DNA of 64,000 nucleotides, taken from Candidatus Heimdallarchaeota archaeon (GTDB lineage Archaea; Asgardarchaeota; Heimdallarchaeia; JABLTI01). Position 1 is the first letter of the stretch; the number at the start of each line of letters is the position of its first letter. The stretch lies in assembly GCA_018238155.1 (NCBI GenBank), contig JABCTZ010000046.1:1-64000 (forward strand), in the 5' to 3' direction. This document shows positions 46,501 to 54,760 of the stretch, piece by piece. The translations under genes were made by a program, and so were the position numbers. The notes under the pieces are model-generated. The model saw only the letters and a program-made list of their open reading frames with translations, searched no databases and was not told the DNA's origin.

Positions 46501-46596
46501 GATCTGTCGAGAATTCAAGTCGTAGAGAAAGGAACGGTCTATATTACTGCAATGGAAGTATTTTCAAATCCAAATATCTTTGGACAAGAAAACTAA
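43540..46596 (+). CDS. Large protein: N-terminal coiled coil, acidic low-complexity middle, three PRC-barrel-like repeats
   Basis: Heptads in aa 1-270; E/S/P-rich linker; repeats starting LTGKALF, PIGKNCL and IECLRVRTTNGRHLG. Confidence 0.7.
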   Translation: MNSRIKILKDIMEIEKQFALEKINSEVFETKMHVLEQKFQQANALTEDELRLAIDTKEIPLSANSLIGKISIENLIPNSKVPRTFFRHLKIRREISELERNVKKLKHDMHKIKILLAEKKVNQDSATRKLETLEYDLRLAQNRFGAREKYLKRNPSKGHLLKFTLTNFLQFSYGHGVENNAELLTITQELKKEINLRIKYRDALAELLATLKTTQLEIRSSSKIGSLPDFKKLREFQQTINELHDYIKLLTVDINDFQNCLSRLEKNNLKMDESHELFVDNSFGINVDASTENLSSPIENESKLSASEVETDPLLKTIAIDEDKFENTFFLIDTLDIEDTIEEDKVSLKSEEIDAKLRVPETPQLTISTDIGLEIVGMEDFNLQYNIKGSPKRMNELTEGVILNSFEEFLTQLLDSKEVEEEPKTVKVEKPQSKQVIAKATFKSLAEEVKKRKTSDIPKPSKRDSEHSIEAQEVGEAFDEITEIKEISALQQDELEAIEIHEPEIPVSESTEAVGEIPTIPDVENSSLPEIDSSLGEALSPEKAQQETKEISPSRQIVEENLIKPQKTSMVSEKLLEAATEAWKLTGKALFNLKDDGSREFYGYLQEAVVYDKNKLGYTLVTEPIADQTVIDKIFDQIKPLWVTEELLESATKRKVFLIQEVVDSLQIQRDVALHISKLQEFSNFRNINFPSSDKIGKPEILGLVPINKIRIKRGSIICKLDDIAAQQPYRTAPWSANDFENEENNPIGKNCLLHHGVSFGKIIASVKHPLMGNVFLVDTNQPDKSIVNYLVQRLNISEDDKTERLWLLKYLIAKQLRIPEGEALKPKTLINYSLQRGFPILPNEILNSYRVFISGGSINSIKRNNVTLKNSARIFHPSEVIPIECLRVRTTNGRHLGTCLGISLSDKPVLLISEKLSREMVALFTNATVEKQIMTDISDSVIGSIGVELRDSLCPHNILKTLIVGRKIQTLTEYGHYLSKMIVTGIDLSRIQVVEKGTVYITAMEVFSNPNIFGQEN

Positions 46597-46647
46597 AATA
46601 AGAAAAAAGTTTTTCTAAAAAAATAAGAAAGAAGTCTATGATGACGA

Positions 46648-47025
46648 TTAACCTGGTTTCACTTCAGATGCTAAACGGGCAATATCAACATATGCATGTC
46701 TTACTTGATGAGAAGGTGAACACCAAGCCATCACGAAACCTTGCCAGAAGGGAGTTTTTGCAATAACTATGTGCCCTTGTTTTTGAGTGTTTGTGCAAAT
46801 CATTCGACTATTTGTTATATCAATGGTTGAATATTTTATCCCTTGTATCACTATCCAAGGAGCTTTTTTTGTCCATGAATCAATCATGGTTGGTCCATCT
46901 ACTTGCCAATTTTGTGTTTGCCAATGGACAGCACCATCAGCCCCTATTAAAGCAAGTGCTCCTACTACACCATCATTTTGTAATCTTGCAGCTTCTGATT
47001 CAAATGTCAATTTAGTTATCTCCAT
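46648..47025 (-). CDS. Profilin (Asgard-type actin regulator)
   Basis: ALIGADGAVHWQTQNW, WIVIQGIKYS, RMICTN..KQGHIVIA pattern and 125-aa length match Asgard profilins. Confidence 0.85.
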   Translation of the reverse strand: MEITKLTFESEAARLQNDGVVGALALIGADGAVHWQTQNWQVDGPTMIDSWTKKAPWIVIQGIKYSTIDITNSRMICTNTQKQGHIVIAKTPFWQGFVMAWCSPSHQVRHAYVDIARLASEVKPG

Positions 47026-47160
47026 CTATTATTTTTCTACAAATGTTAGTTTGACGTTTAATATTGTCAAATCTATTTTAACAACTTATTTATTAAGTCC
47101 TATGGTTGATGTAAAAAAATTTCAATTGCGGCAAATGAGTATCTCTATTAGAAAGAGGCT

Positions 47161-47214
47161 AAAAAAAACAGCAAAAAAGGAAAAAGAAGCGAAATACGAG
47201 ATTTCTCGTTTCGC
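47161..47214 (-). terminator. Hairpin plus long U-tract after the S8 protease gene
   Basis: GCGAA-AT-ACGAG-ATTT-CTCGT-TTCGC at 47189-47214; A-rich 47161-47188. Confidence 0.55.
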
Positions 47215-47226
47215 ATCATAGATAGT

Positions 47227-50175
47227 TTATTTCTTTCGTCTTGAAATCAGATAGCTACCTGCTAAACCTAAAATGCTAATTGAAATCAAAATTATTGGTG
47301 TAAATCCAGCCTTAACTGTCTCAGTACATTCAAAGAGCAGATAATCAAATTCATCGACACCTGTTGTTCCACATTCAGGATAGAAATGATAGGTACCAAG
47401 GGATTCACATTCATAAGCAAATGACCACATACCATTAGTTAATTCTACCCAAGTAAGGTTGTGACGTGTATCTTCGGGAGTGATAACATATCCACCAAAG
47501 TCTGCACCAGGACCACTAATGTATTCATAAGTCATGTTCATTACTCCAGCAGTAAAGGAGTAATTATATTGTTTAATCCTATGCTCTGCTGTTGCCCATC
47601 GGACAAGATTTCGACCGAAAACATCATTCTGTGTACCAATGCCACTGTATTTGTTTTTATACCCATCACTATCTAGAGCAAAGTTTGTTGACATAACAAT
47701 AACTCTTCCGCCAGATGGTGCTTGGTAATAAGCAACTGTGGAATAATCATATCCTGCAGCAAATTCAGTGACTTGAACCGCATCACCTGATGTTTCTAAA
47801 GAACATCCATAATGATCAACACCGGTAACTCCAGCTGTAAGAGCATGATTGCCTACTGGATTTACGATGAGTGTAGATGGTGAACCCCAAATATCATCTC
47901 GAACGTGTATACCATATTGATCTGTGAATTCATTGATGTGAGTAACATTTGTTCCATAAACCATTGAGAGTTCATCATTAAAGGCGTTTCCATTGAAATT
48001 AAGGAAAACACTTCCACCTGCAGTGACAAAATTACTTAATGCTGTTAATTCTGCTGTAGAAAGTGGATTATATGTAGAACTATCCAATGCATCATCTATG
48101 AGAATGCTGTATGGATCTGGGAACCACACTGCTTCATAATTGCTTAATATATCTGCAGTAAGAACAATACTTTGTTCACTAATAACCCAACCTCTATTCA
48201 ATAGATCGGCAGTAAAGAATTTATATTGTCCATACATGTGATCATTCATCCAATTTGTTGTCCTATAATTGAGGAGCATTCTATGTTCCCCATGGCTTGG
48301 AACAACTTTGATTTTGACATCAACAGTATCTAAAACGGTTCCTTTGTATTTAAAAGTAAATTCTCCGTTGTAAGTACCAGGCGCAGTGGTTACTGGAACT
48401 GAATAAGTGACTCTAGCAGTTGCAGAGTAGTAGTTACTAACTTCATCTAAATCTAATAAAGCTGCAGCGGTACCTGAAACTTCCAAAGTTAAATTATTGT
48501 CTCTAAATGGTGAGACACAAGTGACAAATTGTTCTACCACTTGACCTTGAAGTAATTCAGCATAAATAGATACTGGATTAGTAAGTGGATTAAGAGCACC
48601 AATGATTGGATAATTGCCTTCTTTATCAGCATTTATTAACAAAGTAGCTGCGGCACCAACGTTAGCCATACCTCTACCTTGTATTAAGTGATCAAATGAA
48701 TGTGTTGGTAATGGTTTTGCTGTGTACATTAAAGCACTTTTAATTGCACCAGGATTATATGAGAGACTTTCTGTTTTACAAACATCAACTAATATAGCTG
48801 CAGCACCGGCTATTTGTGGTGCGGACATAGAAGTACCACTCATTGAAACATATCCAGTATCAGATTGATAACTGCAAGACATGATACCGTAACCAGGAGC
48901 TACTAAATCTGGTTTCATTGTATTATCAGCATTTGGTCCTAGAGATGAGAAATAAGCCATACTTAATGGAAGTGAAGAGTCATCTGCTGCACCAACAGAA
49001 ATAGCTGCGGTAGGAGAATCTGTAGAATAAACACCTTGATCGCCTTCATTACCGTTTGAATGAACAAATTTTACTCCGTTATTATTAACAACGTTCGTAA
49101 TAGCTGCTTCTAGAATATTGATACTTGGTTCCGCTCCACATCCAAAGCTCATATTGATAACATCAGCACCTTGAGCTGATAACCAATTTACACCGGCAAT
49201 CATTGATACCAATGTTGCGGGAGCACCATCTTCGTGATGATCACCAATTTTTGCTGCATAAAATGTTACTCCAGGAGCAATACCAACTCTTTGTGAATTA
49301 GCTGTACCATCACCACCAACTATACCTGCGACATGAGTGCCGTGCCCAACAAAATCAGTGTTGGATGTATCAGTAAAATCATATCCATATCCTATTGTAA
49401 CGAAACTTTGTTGTTTACCAACTCTACCTGATAGGTCTGCATGAGTTGAACGAATGCCAGTATCAAGAATTCCGACATTAACTCCGCTTCCATCATATCC
49501 AGCATTTACCAATAGAGTAGCATTCATTGTATTGGCATTTTTTAAAGTATCAGGAGAAAAGGAATAATCAGTATCATCCTTAACAGTATCAAATGTATAA
49601 TAAATATCAGTTGTATCAGCTATTGTTGAATATGCACCAAGACTTTTGATGTCATTTTCAACACCAGAATAATAAGGTACTAAAGCACAACCTGTTTCCC
49701 AAAATATTTCACTGTTTTCAAAAGCTAACAAAGTGGATAGATCAGAGAAATCAGATCCGACAATTGCAACCATGATAAATCTTATTTCTGCAGTAGTAAT
49801 AAAAACAACATCAGTCAATTCTGCAATTTGATATAATGAATCTTCTGTTGTAGAGATTTTTACTCTTGTTCCTGCATCCCAAATATCGTTAGTGCAAACA
49901 GCACCAAGATTAGTCAATTTTTGCAAATCAAGGGAATCAATGCGATGATTGAATTTGATAGCAATCTCATCTGAGTATCCGTTGGTAAATGCCGTGGTAC
50001 TCAATAATTTATCGTCTATTTTATCTCCATTATTATCAATTGCTTCTTTCATGTACAAAGTTGGTTCTGTAACACTAAAAGCGGACACATTAATATTAGC
50101 AATTATTTTGGGTCCGGCAGCAGATAATATGAATAATGATAGAAGACTTAAACCTAGAATAGTTCCTTTCTTCAT
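47227..50175 (-). CDS. Membrane-anchored S8 subtilisin-like serine protease with site-1 protease (SKI-1/S1P)-like C-terminal domains
   Basis: Catalytic motifs VGILDTG, GHGTHVAG, SNGNEG, SGTSMSAP; signal peptide and prodomain; Ig-like and GATase-like domains; AGF plus TM plus RRKK tail. Confidence 0.92.
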   Translation of the reverse strand: MKKGTILGLSLLSLFILSAAGPKIIANINVSAFSVTEPTLYMKEAIDNNGDKIDDKLLSTTAFTNGYSDEIAIKFNHRIDSLDLQKLTNLGAVCTNDIWDAGTRVKISTTEDSLYQIAELTDVVFITTAEIRFIMVAIVGSDFSDLSTLLAFENSEIFWETGCALVPYYSGVENDIKSLGAYSTIADTTDIYYTFDTVKDDTDYSFSPDTLKNANTMNATLLVNAGYDGSGVNVGILDTGIRSTHADLSGRVGKQQSFVTIGYGYDFTDTSNTDFVGHGTHVAGIVGGDGTANSQRVGIAPGVTFYAAKIGDHHEDGAPATLVSMIAGVNWLSAQGADVINMSFGCGAEPSINILEAAITNVVNNNGVKFVHSNGNEGDQGVYSTDSPTAAISVGAADDSSLPLSMAYFSSLGPNADNTMKPDLVAPGYGIMSCSYQSDTGYVSMSGTSMSAPQIAGAAAILVDVCKTESLSYNPGAIKSALMYTAKPLPTHSFDHLIQGRGMANVGAAATLLINADKEGNYPIIGALNPLTNPVSIYAELLQGQVVEQFVTCVSPFRDNNLTLEVSGTAAALLDLDEVSNYYSATARVTYSVPVTTAPGTYNGEFTFKYKGTVLDTVDVKIKVVPSHGEHRMLLNYRTTNWMNDHMYGQYKFFTADLLNRGWVISEQSIVLTADILSNYEAVWFPDPYSILIDDALDSSTYNPLSTAELTALSNFVTAGGSVFLNFNGNAFNDELSMVYGTNVTHINEFTDQYGIHVRDDIWGSPSTLIVNPVGNHALTAGVTGVDHYGCSLETSGDAVQVTEFAAGYDYSTVAYYQAPSGGRVIVMSTNFALDSDGYKNKYSGIGTQNDVFGRNLVRWATAEHRIKQYNYSFTAGVMNMTYEYISGPGADFGGYVITPEDTRHNLTWVELTNGMWSFAYECESLGTYHFYPECGTTGVDEFDYLLFECTETVKAGFTPIILISISILGLAGSYLISRRKK

Positions 50176-50310
50176 TTTCTACACCCATATATTATTTCTT
50201 TCTACTAAACATTGAATCTAGAAATGAATCTATCTACTTCTAAATCCAAAACTAAAAGAAGATAAGAAAATTCTTCTAAAAAAAGGTTTCTTCAAAACTT
50301 ATTTTAAATT

Positions 50311-51261
50311 TCACAAACGACTTGCTATTTTAAAGGTAATTTCTATGAGTGCTTGTAAAGAATTGCTGAACAGATATGTAATGGGTTCAATTCCGACTCC
50401 CCCAGTATTTAGTATGGCGAAAATTCCTCCTACTTTAATTGGTTCAATTAGTTCTTTCAATATCACATGCGCTTTTTTCGTTTTTTTCTCCTTGAATAGT
50501 TTTTCAAATTCATTATTTGGAAAAGTATGATATTTGATAGCCAAATTCTCCATTATTCGAAGAACTTTATCATTGTTAACAATATTTATTGTGCTATTAA
50601 AGGAAGGAGAATAAGCATTTATAGTCAAAAGTATTTGAGCCATGTGTTTTGATGCACCAAATTCTGGTGGAAGAAGTGCGCGTACTTTCCCTCTAATTTT
50701 TGTTATTCGTCCAGGAAACGCAGCAATATCATCTATTGTTTTCGGTTCTGGCAAACATTTGCATATATTGAGCAACACTTGGGGCATTACCTTTACAAAA
50801 TCTTCCTTTCTCTCCATTGCGGATAATACTTCCAATAATTCAGTAATAACTTTCTTTCTACTTTCGATTAGAATTTCATCTGTTATCGGTAAGCATCCTT
50901 GGCACCCGGCAGTTATTCCCGGATAACTTTTCACATGCTTTCTACAAGTTAAACCACTTATTCGGAGATTCACACAACTAGAGCAAATTTTTCTGATGAT
51001 TTCTTCAGGTGAAGCATTGTTGATAGAACTAGCAACAATATCATTAACTAGCAGCTTCACAGTATTACTTTCAAGATATTCCTCCTTACCTTCCGCTCGA
51101 ATAGTATCTAATGATTTAAGATAACTACTTATCGTTGGTTGGCTTACACCCATTTTTTCAGCAACTTCACTTTGGGTCATATGATTTATCAATTCTTGAG
51201 CTACCAGCCCACGGACAAGTGGTAAAAAATTCTGAGTTACAATTTCACAAGGAGGACGCAT
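50311..51261 (-). CDS. ThiR-like regulator: HTH fused to thiamine-phosphate synthase ThiN-like domain
   Basis: MRPPCE...MTQSEVAEKMGVSQPTISSYL HTH; PQVLLNI, AAFPGRI, PEFGASKHMA, GGVGIEPITY. Confidence 0.85.
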   Translation of the reverse strand: MRPPCEIVTQNFLPLVRGLVAQELINHMTQSEVAEKMGVSQPTISSYLKSLDTIRAEGKEEYLESNTVKLLVNDIVASSINNASPEEIIRKICSSCVNLRISGLTCRKHVKSYPGITAGCQGCLPITDEILIESRKKVITELLEVLSAMERKEDFVKVMPQVLLNICKCLPEPKTIDDIAAFPGRITKIRGKVRALLPPEFGASKHMAQILLTINAYSPSFNSTINIVNNDKVLRIMENLAIKYHTFPNNEFEKLFKEKKTKKAHVILKELIEPIKVGGIFAILNTGGVGIEPITYLFSNSLQALIEITFKIASRL

Positions 51262-51341
51262 TTTTCAATACCCAGTAAAGATTGTATTAAGTCAAATAAA
51301 TGATTTTCTATTTTTAACTTTAAAATGGCAAGAAGAAAAGA

Positions 51342-51363
51342 ATGAAAGCTATTTAGCTTTCAT
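51342..51363 (-). terminator. Perfect palindrome after the 51383 gene stop
   Basis: ATGAAAGCTA-TT-TAGCTTTCAT, followed on the minus strand by TCTTTTCTTC. Confidence 0.5.
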
Positions 51364-51382
51364 AAATAACCTTTTTTTGATC

Positions 51383-52678
51383 TTATTTATCCATATTGGC
51401 AAGAAGCTTAGGTTTACGATTTCCATCTGCTTCAAGAATTTTATTGCATTTATTGCAAACTCTTACCTTAACCTTCTCGAAAGTGTATGAAGACAATTCA
51501 TGTTTTGCAAAAGATTCACCACACTCTGCACAAGTTTTAAGATGGACGGTTTCATCAGATGCTAGTTCCTCTTGTTGAGGAGGTAGTGCAATTAAATTTC
51601 TTTGAGAGTCACTGAGCATTGGTTGTTGAGTTTGTTGTGGTTGCAGAGTTTGTTGTGGTTGCTGAGTTTGTTGTTGTGATTGCTGACCTCTAGCAAGTGC
51701 TTTTACCGCATCAAATGAGCTTTTTGGTACTGCAGGTAAGTTAAAATTATCAGTAAAATTAAGAATTTTCTGGTGATCTTTTTCACGACCAACACGCTTG
51801 AGAAAGTCACCAAGTTCAACATCTATCAAAGAAAGCTCTGAAAGTAATGCAGTATTTTGAATGGTTTTTGGATCTCGTTTTTTCAGTGTAGGTTGTTGAC
51901 CGGGTTGTCCTGGAATATATTCAGGAGGTTTATTTAAAACATCTAAATCTACGTTTTTTAATCGTAGGAGGATATCATCAAGGAGTTTATTATAAAGGTC
52001 ATCCCGTTTTTGGCGATTCAAGATTTCAATGTAAGGTTCAATAGCTTGATAATGATAATGATTGAAAATATTATCATAAAAGACATCTATACCAAATTCC
52101 AATATTCCATCCAAAAGCTCTTGCTCAGTGATTTTAAAATTTTCAGATAAATAGCTAACCCAATCAGCAGGTAAATCAAACGGTTGAAGAATCAAAATTG
52201 AAACAATTTGATCAAACAGTGCATCCTGATATTGTGACATATCATCAACTTTGCTCATAGCTTTTAATGCTTGATTGAAGAATATTTTAGTTCCACTAAT
52301 TGCATATCTGGATAAACCAACAAAAACTCGTTGATGAGGTTTGAGATTAGAAATCATCATACGAGTAAGAATGAATGCTGCGAGAAAATTAAGCAGAAAA
52401 GATAATAAGAGTCCATAGAGACCATAAGAAAATCTTGTCATAAGCTTCGTTTCATTAGAAAAAATAATCATTGAAGCAATTAACCAAATAATTCCTGTCG
52501 CACAAGAACCTATCCGGAAGTAGTGATAAAATTTACCAATTTTTGCTTGGCGAGCACATGTTTGACATGCACCACTATTATCAAGTTCTGCTTCAGTTAC
52601 ACAACTTTTACAGATAGAAACATTACAAATAGCACATCTTTCTTCAGATTCTACGATTGGATGATAAACGCATTTCAT
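51383..52678 (-). CDS. Membrane protein with N-terminal B-box-like zinc finger, two TM helices, Gln-rich repeat and C-terminal CxxC..CxxC finger
   Basis: CVYHP..CAIC..CKSC..CQTC; two hydrophobic helices; QQTQQP repeats; CAEC...CNKC. Confidence 0.8.
   Translation of the reverse strand: MKCVYHPIVESEERCAICNVSICKSCVTEAELDNSGACQTCARQAKIGKFYHYFRIGSCATGIIWLIASMIIFSNETKLMTRFSYGLYGLLLSFLLNFLAAFILTRMMISNLKPHQRVFVGLSRYAISGTKIFFNQALKAMSKVDDMSQYQDALFDQIVSILILQPFDLPADWVSYLSENFKITEQELLDGILEFGIDVFYDNIFNHYHYQAIEPYIEILNRQKRDDLYNKLLDDILLRLKNVDLDVLNKPPEYIPGQPGQQPTLKKRDPKTIQNTALLSELSLIDVELGDFLKRVGREKDHQKILNFTDNFNLPAVPKSSFDAVKALARGQQSQQQTQQPQQTLQPQQTQQPMLSDSQRNLIALPPQQEELASDETVHLKTCAECGESFAKHELSSYTFEKVKVRVCNKCNKILEADGNRKPKLLANMDK
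51621..51674. repeat. 18-bp tandem repeat x3 (GGTTGYWGAGTTTGTTGT)
   Basis: Direct inspection; encodes QQTQQP/QQTLQP units. Confidence 0.9.
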
Positions 52679-52796
52679 TGGAATCCCTCGAAGTTACAAA
52701 TAATACTAACAGCGTTAATATATTTTACCAAAATTACTCCTTTTTAATTATTCCTTCAGCTTTTGACAAAAGAAAAAAGAAAGAAACGGGAAAAAA

Positions 52797-53465
52797 TTAT
52801 CTTCCAATTTCTTTTGATACACCAGGTTCTAAAACATAAACATCAATCATTGGACCAGCAATTTCAATAAATTCCTTTGGATCTTGAACTAAAACTGGGA
52901 ATGTTTTGTAGTGTATAGGAACCACTTTTTGAACGCCAAGTAGTTGAAGTGCTTTCGCAGCTTCTTTTGGACCCATTGTGAATAAACTACCAATAGGTAA
53001 GAAAGCAAGATCAATGTCATATAGATCTCCGAGTAGTTTCATATCAGTGAAGATACCAGTATCTCCAGCATGATAAATAGTCATATTCGGAAGCATGATA
53101 ATAAAACCAAGAGGATGACCAATAGTTGAGCTATGTAAAGCAACTGTGAAAACAAATTTCATTCCTGCAACTTCGGCTGTTCCACCAATATTCCCACCTA
53201 AGACATTTTTTACTCCTTCGCTCTGGGCTTTATTTGCTAATTCAAAAATGCTAACAAAAGTTGCCCCGGTATTTTTACAAATCACTACTGCTTCTGCATA
53301 TCCATGATCTCCGTGATCATGTGTCACAAAAACAGCATCTGCTTTCTTAATATCTTCCACTTTTATTGGTGCTACAGGGTTTCCATTTAACCAAGGATCA
53401 ATTAGAATGGTTTTTCCTTCATCTTCAATCATTATTCCTGCGTGCCCAAGCCATGTTATTTTCAT
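52797..53465 (-). CDS. Metal-dependent hydrolase, MBL fold (UPF0173)
   Basis: WLGHA, LIDPWL.GNP, THDHGDH, YHAGDT, LPIG..FTMGP, PIHY.TFP. Confidence 0.93.
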   Translation of the reverse strand: MKITWLGHAGIMIEDEGKTILIDPWLNGNPVAPIKVEDIKKADAVFVTHDHGDHGYAEAVVICKNTGATFVSIFELANKAQSEGVKNVLGGNIGGTAEVAGMKFVFTVALHSSTIGHPLGFIIMLPNMTIYHAGDTGIFTDMKLLGDLYDIDLAFLPIGSLFTMGPKEAAKALQLLGVQKVVPIHYKTFPVLVQDPKEFIEIAGPMIDVYVLEPGVSKEIGR

Positions 53466-53548
53466 TTCGTACTTACCTCTATTATCTCAACATTAATTGT
53501 TTAAATGGGTGCTTTTTACTTTTTTGGAACAAAAAATGCTTTTGATTG

Positions 53549-53703
53549 TAGATTCTAAGGGTGCCAAACGAAAACGAGCGGTGTTCTATATTAGGAGATG
53601 GGGCACCCCTAAAAAATCTAGGTCTCTAAGTTGTAGTTTTTACACTACATTATTTATAGTCACTGGACTCTGTACTATTTTCTTTATAAGGATATAAATG
53701 ACC
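53549..53703. ncRNA. Candidate structured RNA or cis element (unclassified)
   Basis: Long stem 53549-53565 / 53602-53620 with a GGGTGCC/GGCACCC core, followed by a GGTC/GACC-closed junction with three short hairpins. Confidence 0.35.
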
Positions 53704-53760
53704 CTAATCCTAGAAATTATTTATTAGATACTTCTTTTTTCTTGACTTTTTTTGTTAAAG

Positions 53761-54543
53761 TCATTTTCCTTTCTTTATTGCATTAATTTTCTCGACAACA
53801 AAATCTAATCTAGGATTAATATCAAATGCTCTTTCTAGATATTCTATTGCTTTCTCCCGTTCACCTTTCGTATCATAAGCTAATCCAACATTGATAATTG
53901 CTTTCAGATAATCTTTGTTGAAGTCAATTGCTTTGAGATAATTTTCAATTGCTTTGTCCAATTTCTCTTGGATATGATAAGTACAACCTAAATTGTAGTA
54001 AACCTTTGAATCATCTTGCCACGTGAGAAGAATATCTTCAAAAGTTTTTATTGCTAGAGAATATTGATTTATTTCTCTGTAAGCATTTGCAAGATTGAAT
54101 CGTGCATCCAGAAAGGTTTTGTTTGCTTGAATAGATTTCTTGTACCACTTAATCGCTTCTTCCTTATCAGATAATTGATAGTAACTGTTTCCAAGATTAA
54201 ATGAGCTTTGGAAATAATTTTCATCTACAGTGAGTGCTTCTTTGTAGAATTTTATTGCCTCTTCTAATTTTCCTGATTTATAATATGCAACTGCTATGTT
54301 GTGTAAACTTTCTATGAATTTTGGATTCATTTCTAATGATTCTTTAAAATATTTTATTGCTCCATCAAAATCTTCTTTGATAGTAAATAATTTCCCTAGA
54401 TTGCACTTGCTTTCAAAACAATTCTCCTCCAATGTGCATGCCTTCTTGAAGAGATCTTCTGCTCGAGATAATTTACTTTCTAATAGAGCATAAACTCCTT
54501 CTATATTTAGCATTTCATAATCAAGTTCTTCGTCTTTACTCAT
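53761..54543 (-). CDS. TPR-repeat protein
   Basis: About 7 repeats of NLG..Y......EAI..Y.KA. Confidence 0.95.
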   Translation of the reverse strand: MSKDEELDYEMLNIEGVYALLESKLSRAEDLFKKACTLEENCFESKCNLGKLFTIKEDFDGAIKYFKESLEMNPKFIESLHNIAVAYYKSGKLEEAIKFYKEALTVDENYFQSSFNLGNSYYQLSDKEEAIKWYKKSIQANKTFLDARFNLANAYREINQYSLAIKTFEDILLTWQDDSKVYYNLGCTYHIQEKLDKAIENYLKAIDFNKDYLKAIINVGLAYDTKGEREKAIEYLERAFDINPRLDFVVEKINAIKKGK

Positions 54544-54760
54544 TTAGCTACCTCTGAAATAAAGCTAAAGTAGTTTGGTATTAAGTTCTTTTTCACCCAA
54601 ACGTTTTTCTCAAGTTGCAAATTCTCTTGTAAATTTATTTATTCTTAGAAAAAATGCTTTCGAGTAAATTGACGAAATGTAATTATATTATGGAAAAGAA
54701 GTCATATTGTCATCTTCTTTGTCAAATTTAGAGATTACAATAAATAATGGAGAACAATCA

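Noticed and set aside
53497-53697. 66-aa ORF over the structured element
   Set aside because: No SD, no motif, TTG start; the sequence is better explained by base-pairing potential
53592-53706. Fluoride (crcB) riboswitch resemblance: GGAGATGGGG...AATGACCCTA on the plus strand
   Set aside because: P1 does not pair properly, the spacing is too long and there is no plus-strand gene directly downstream
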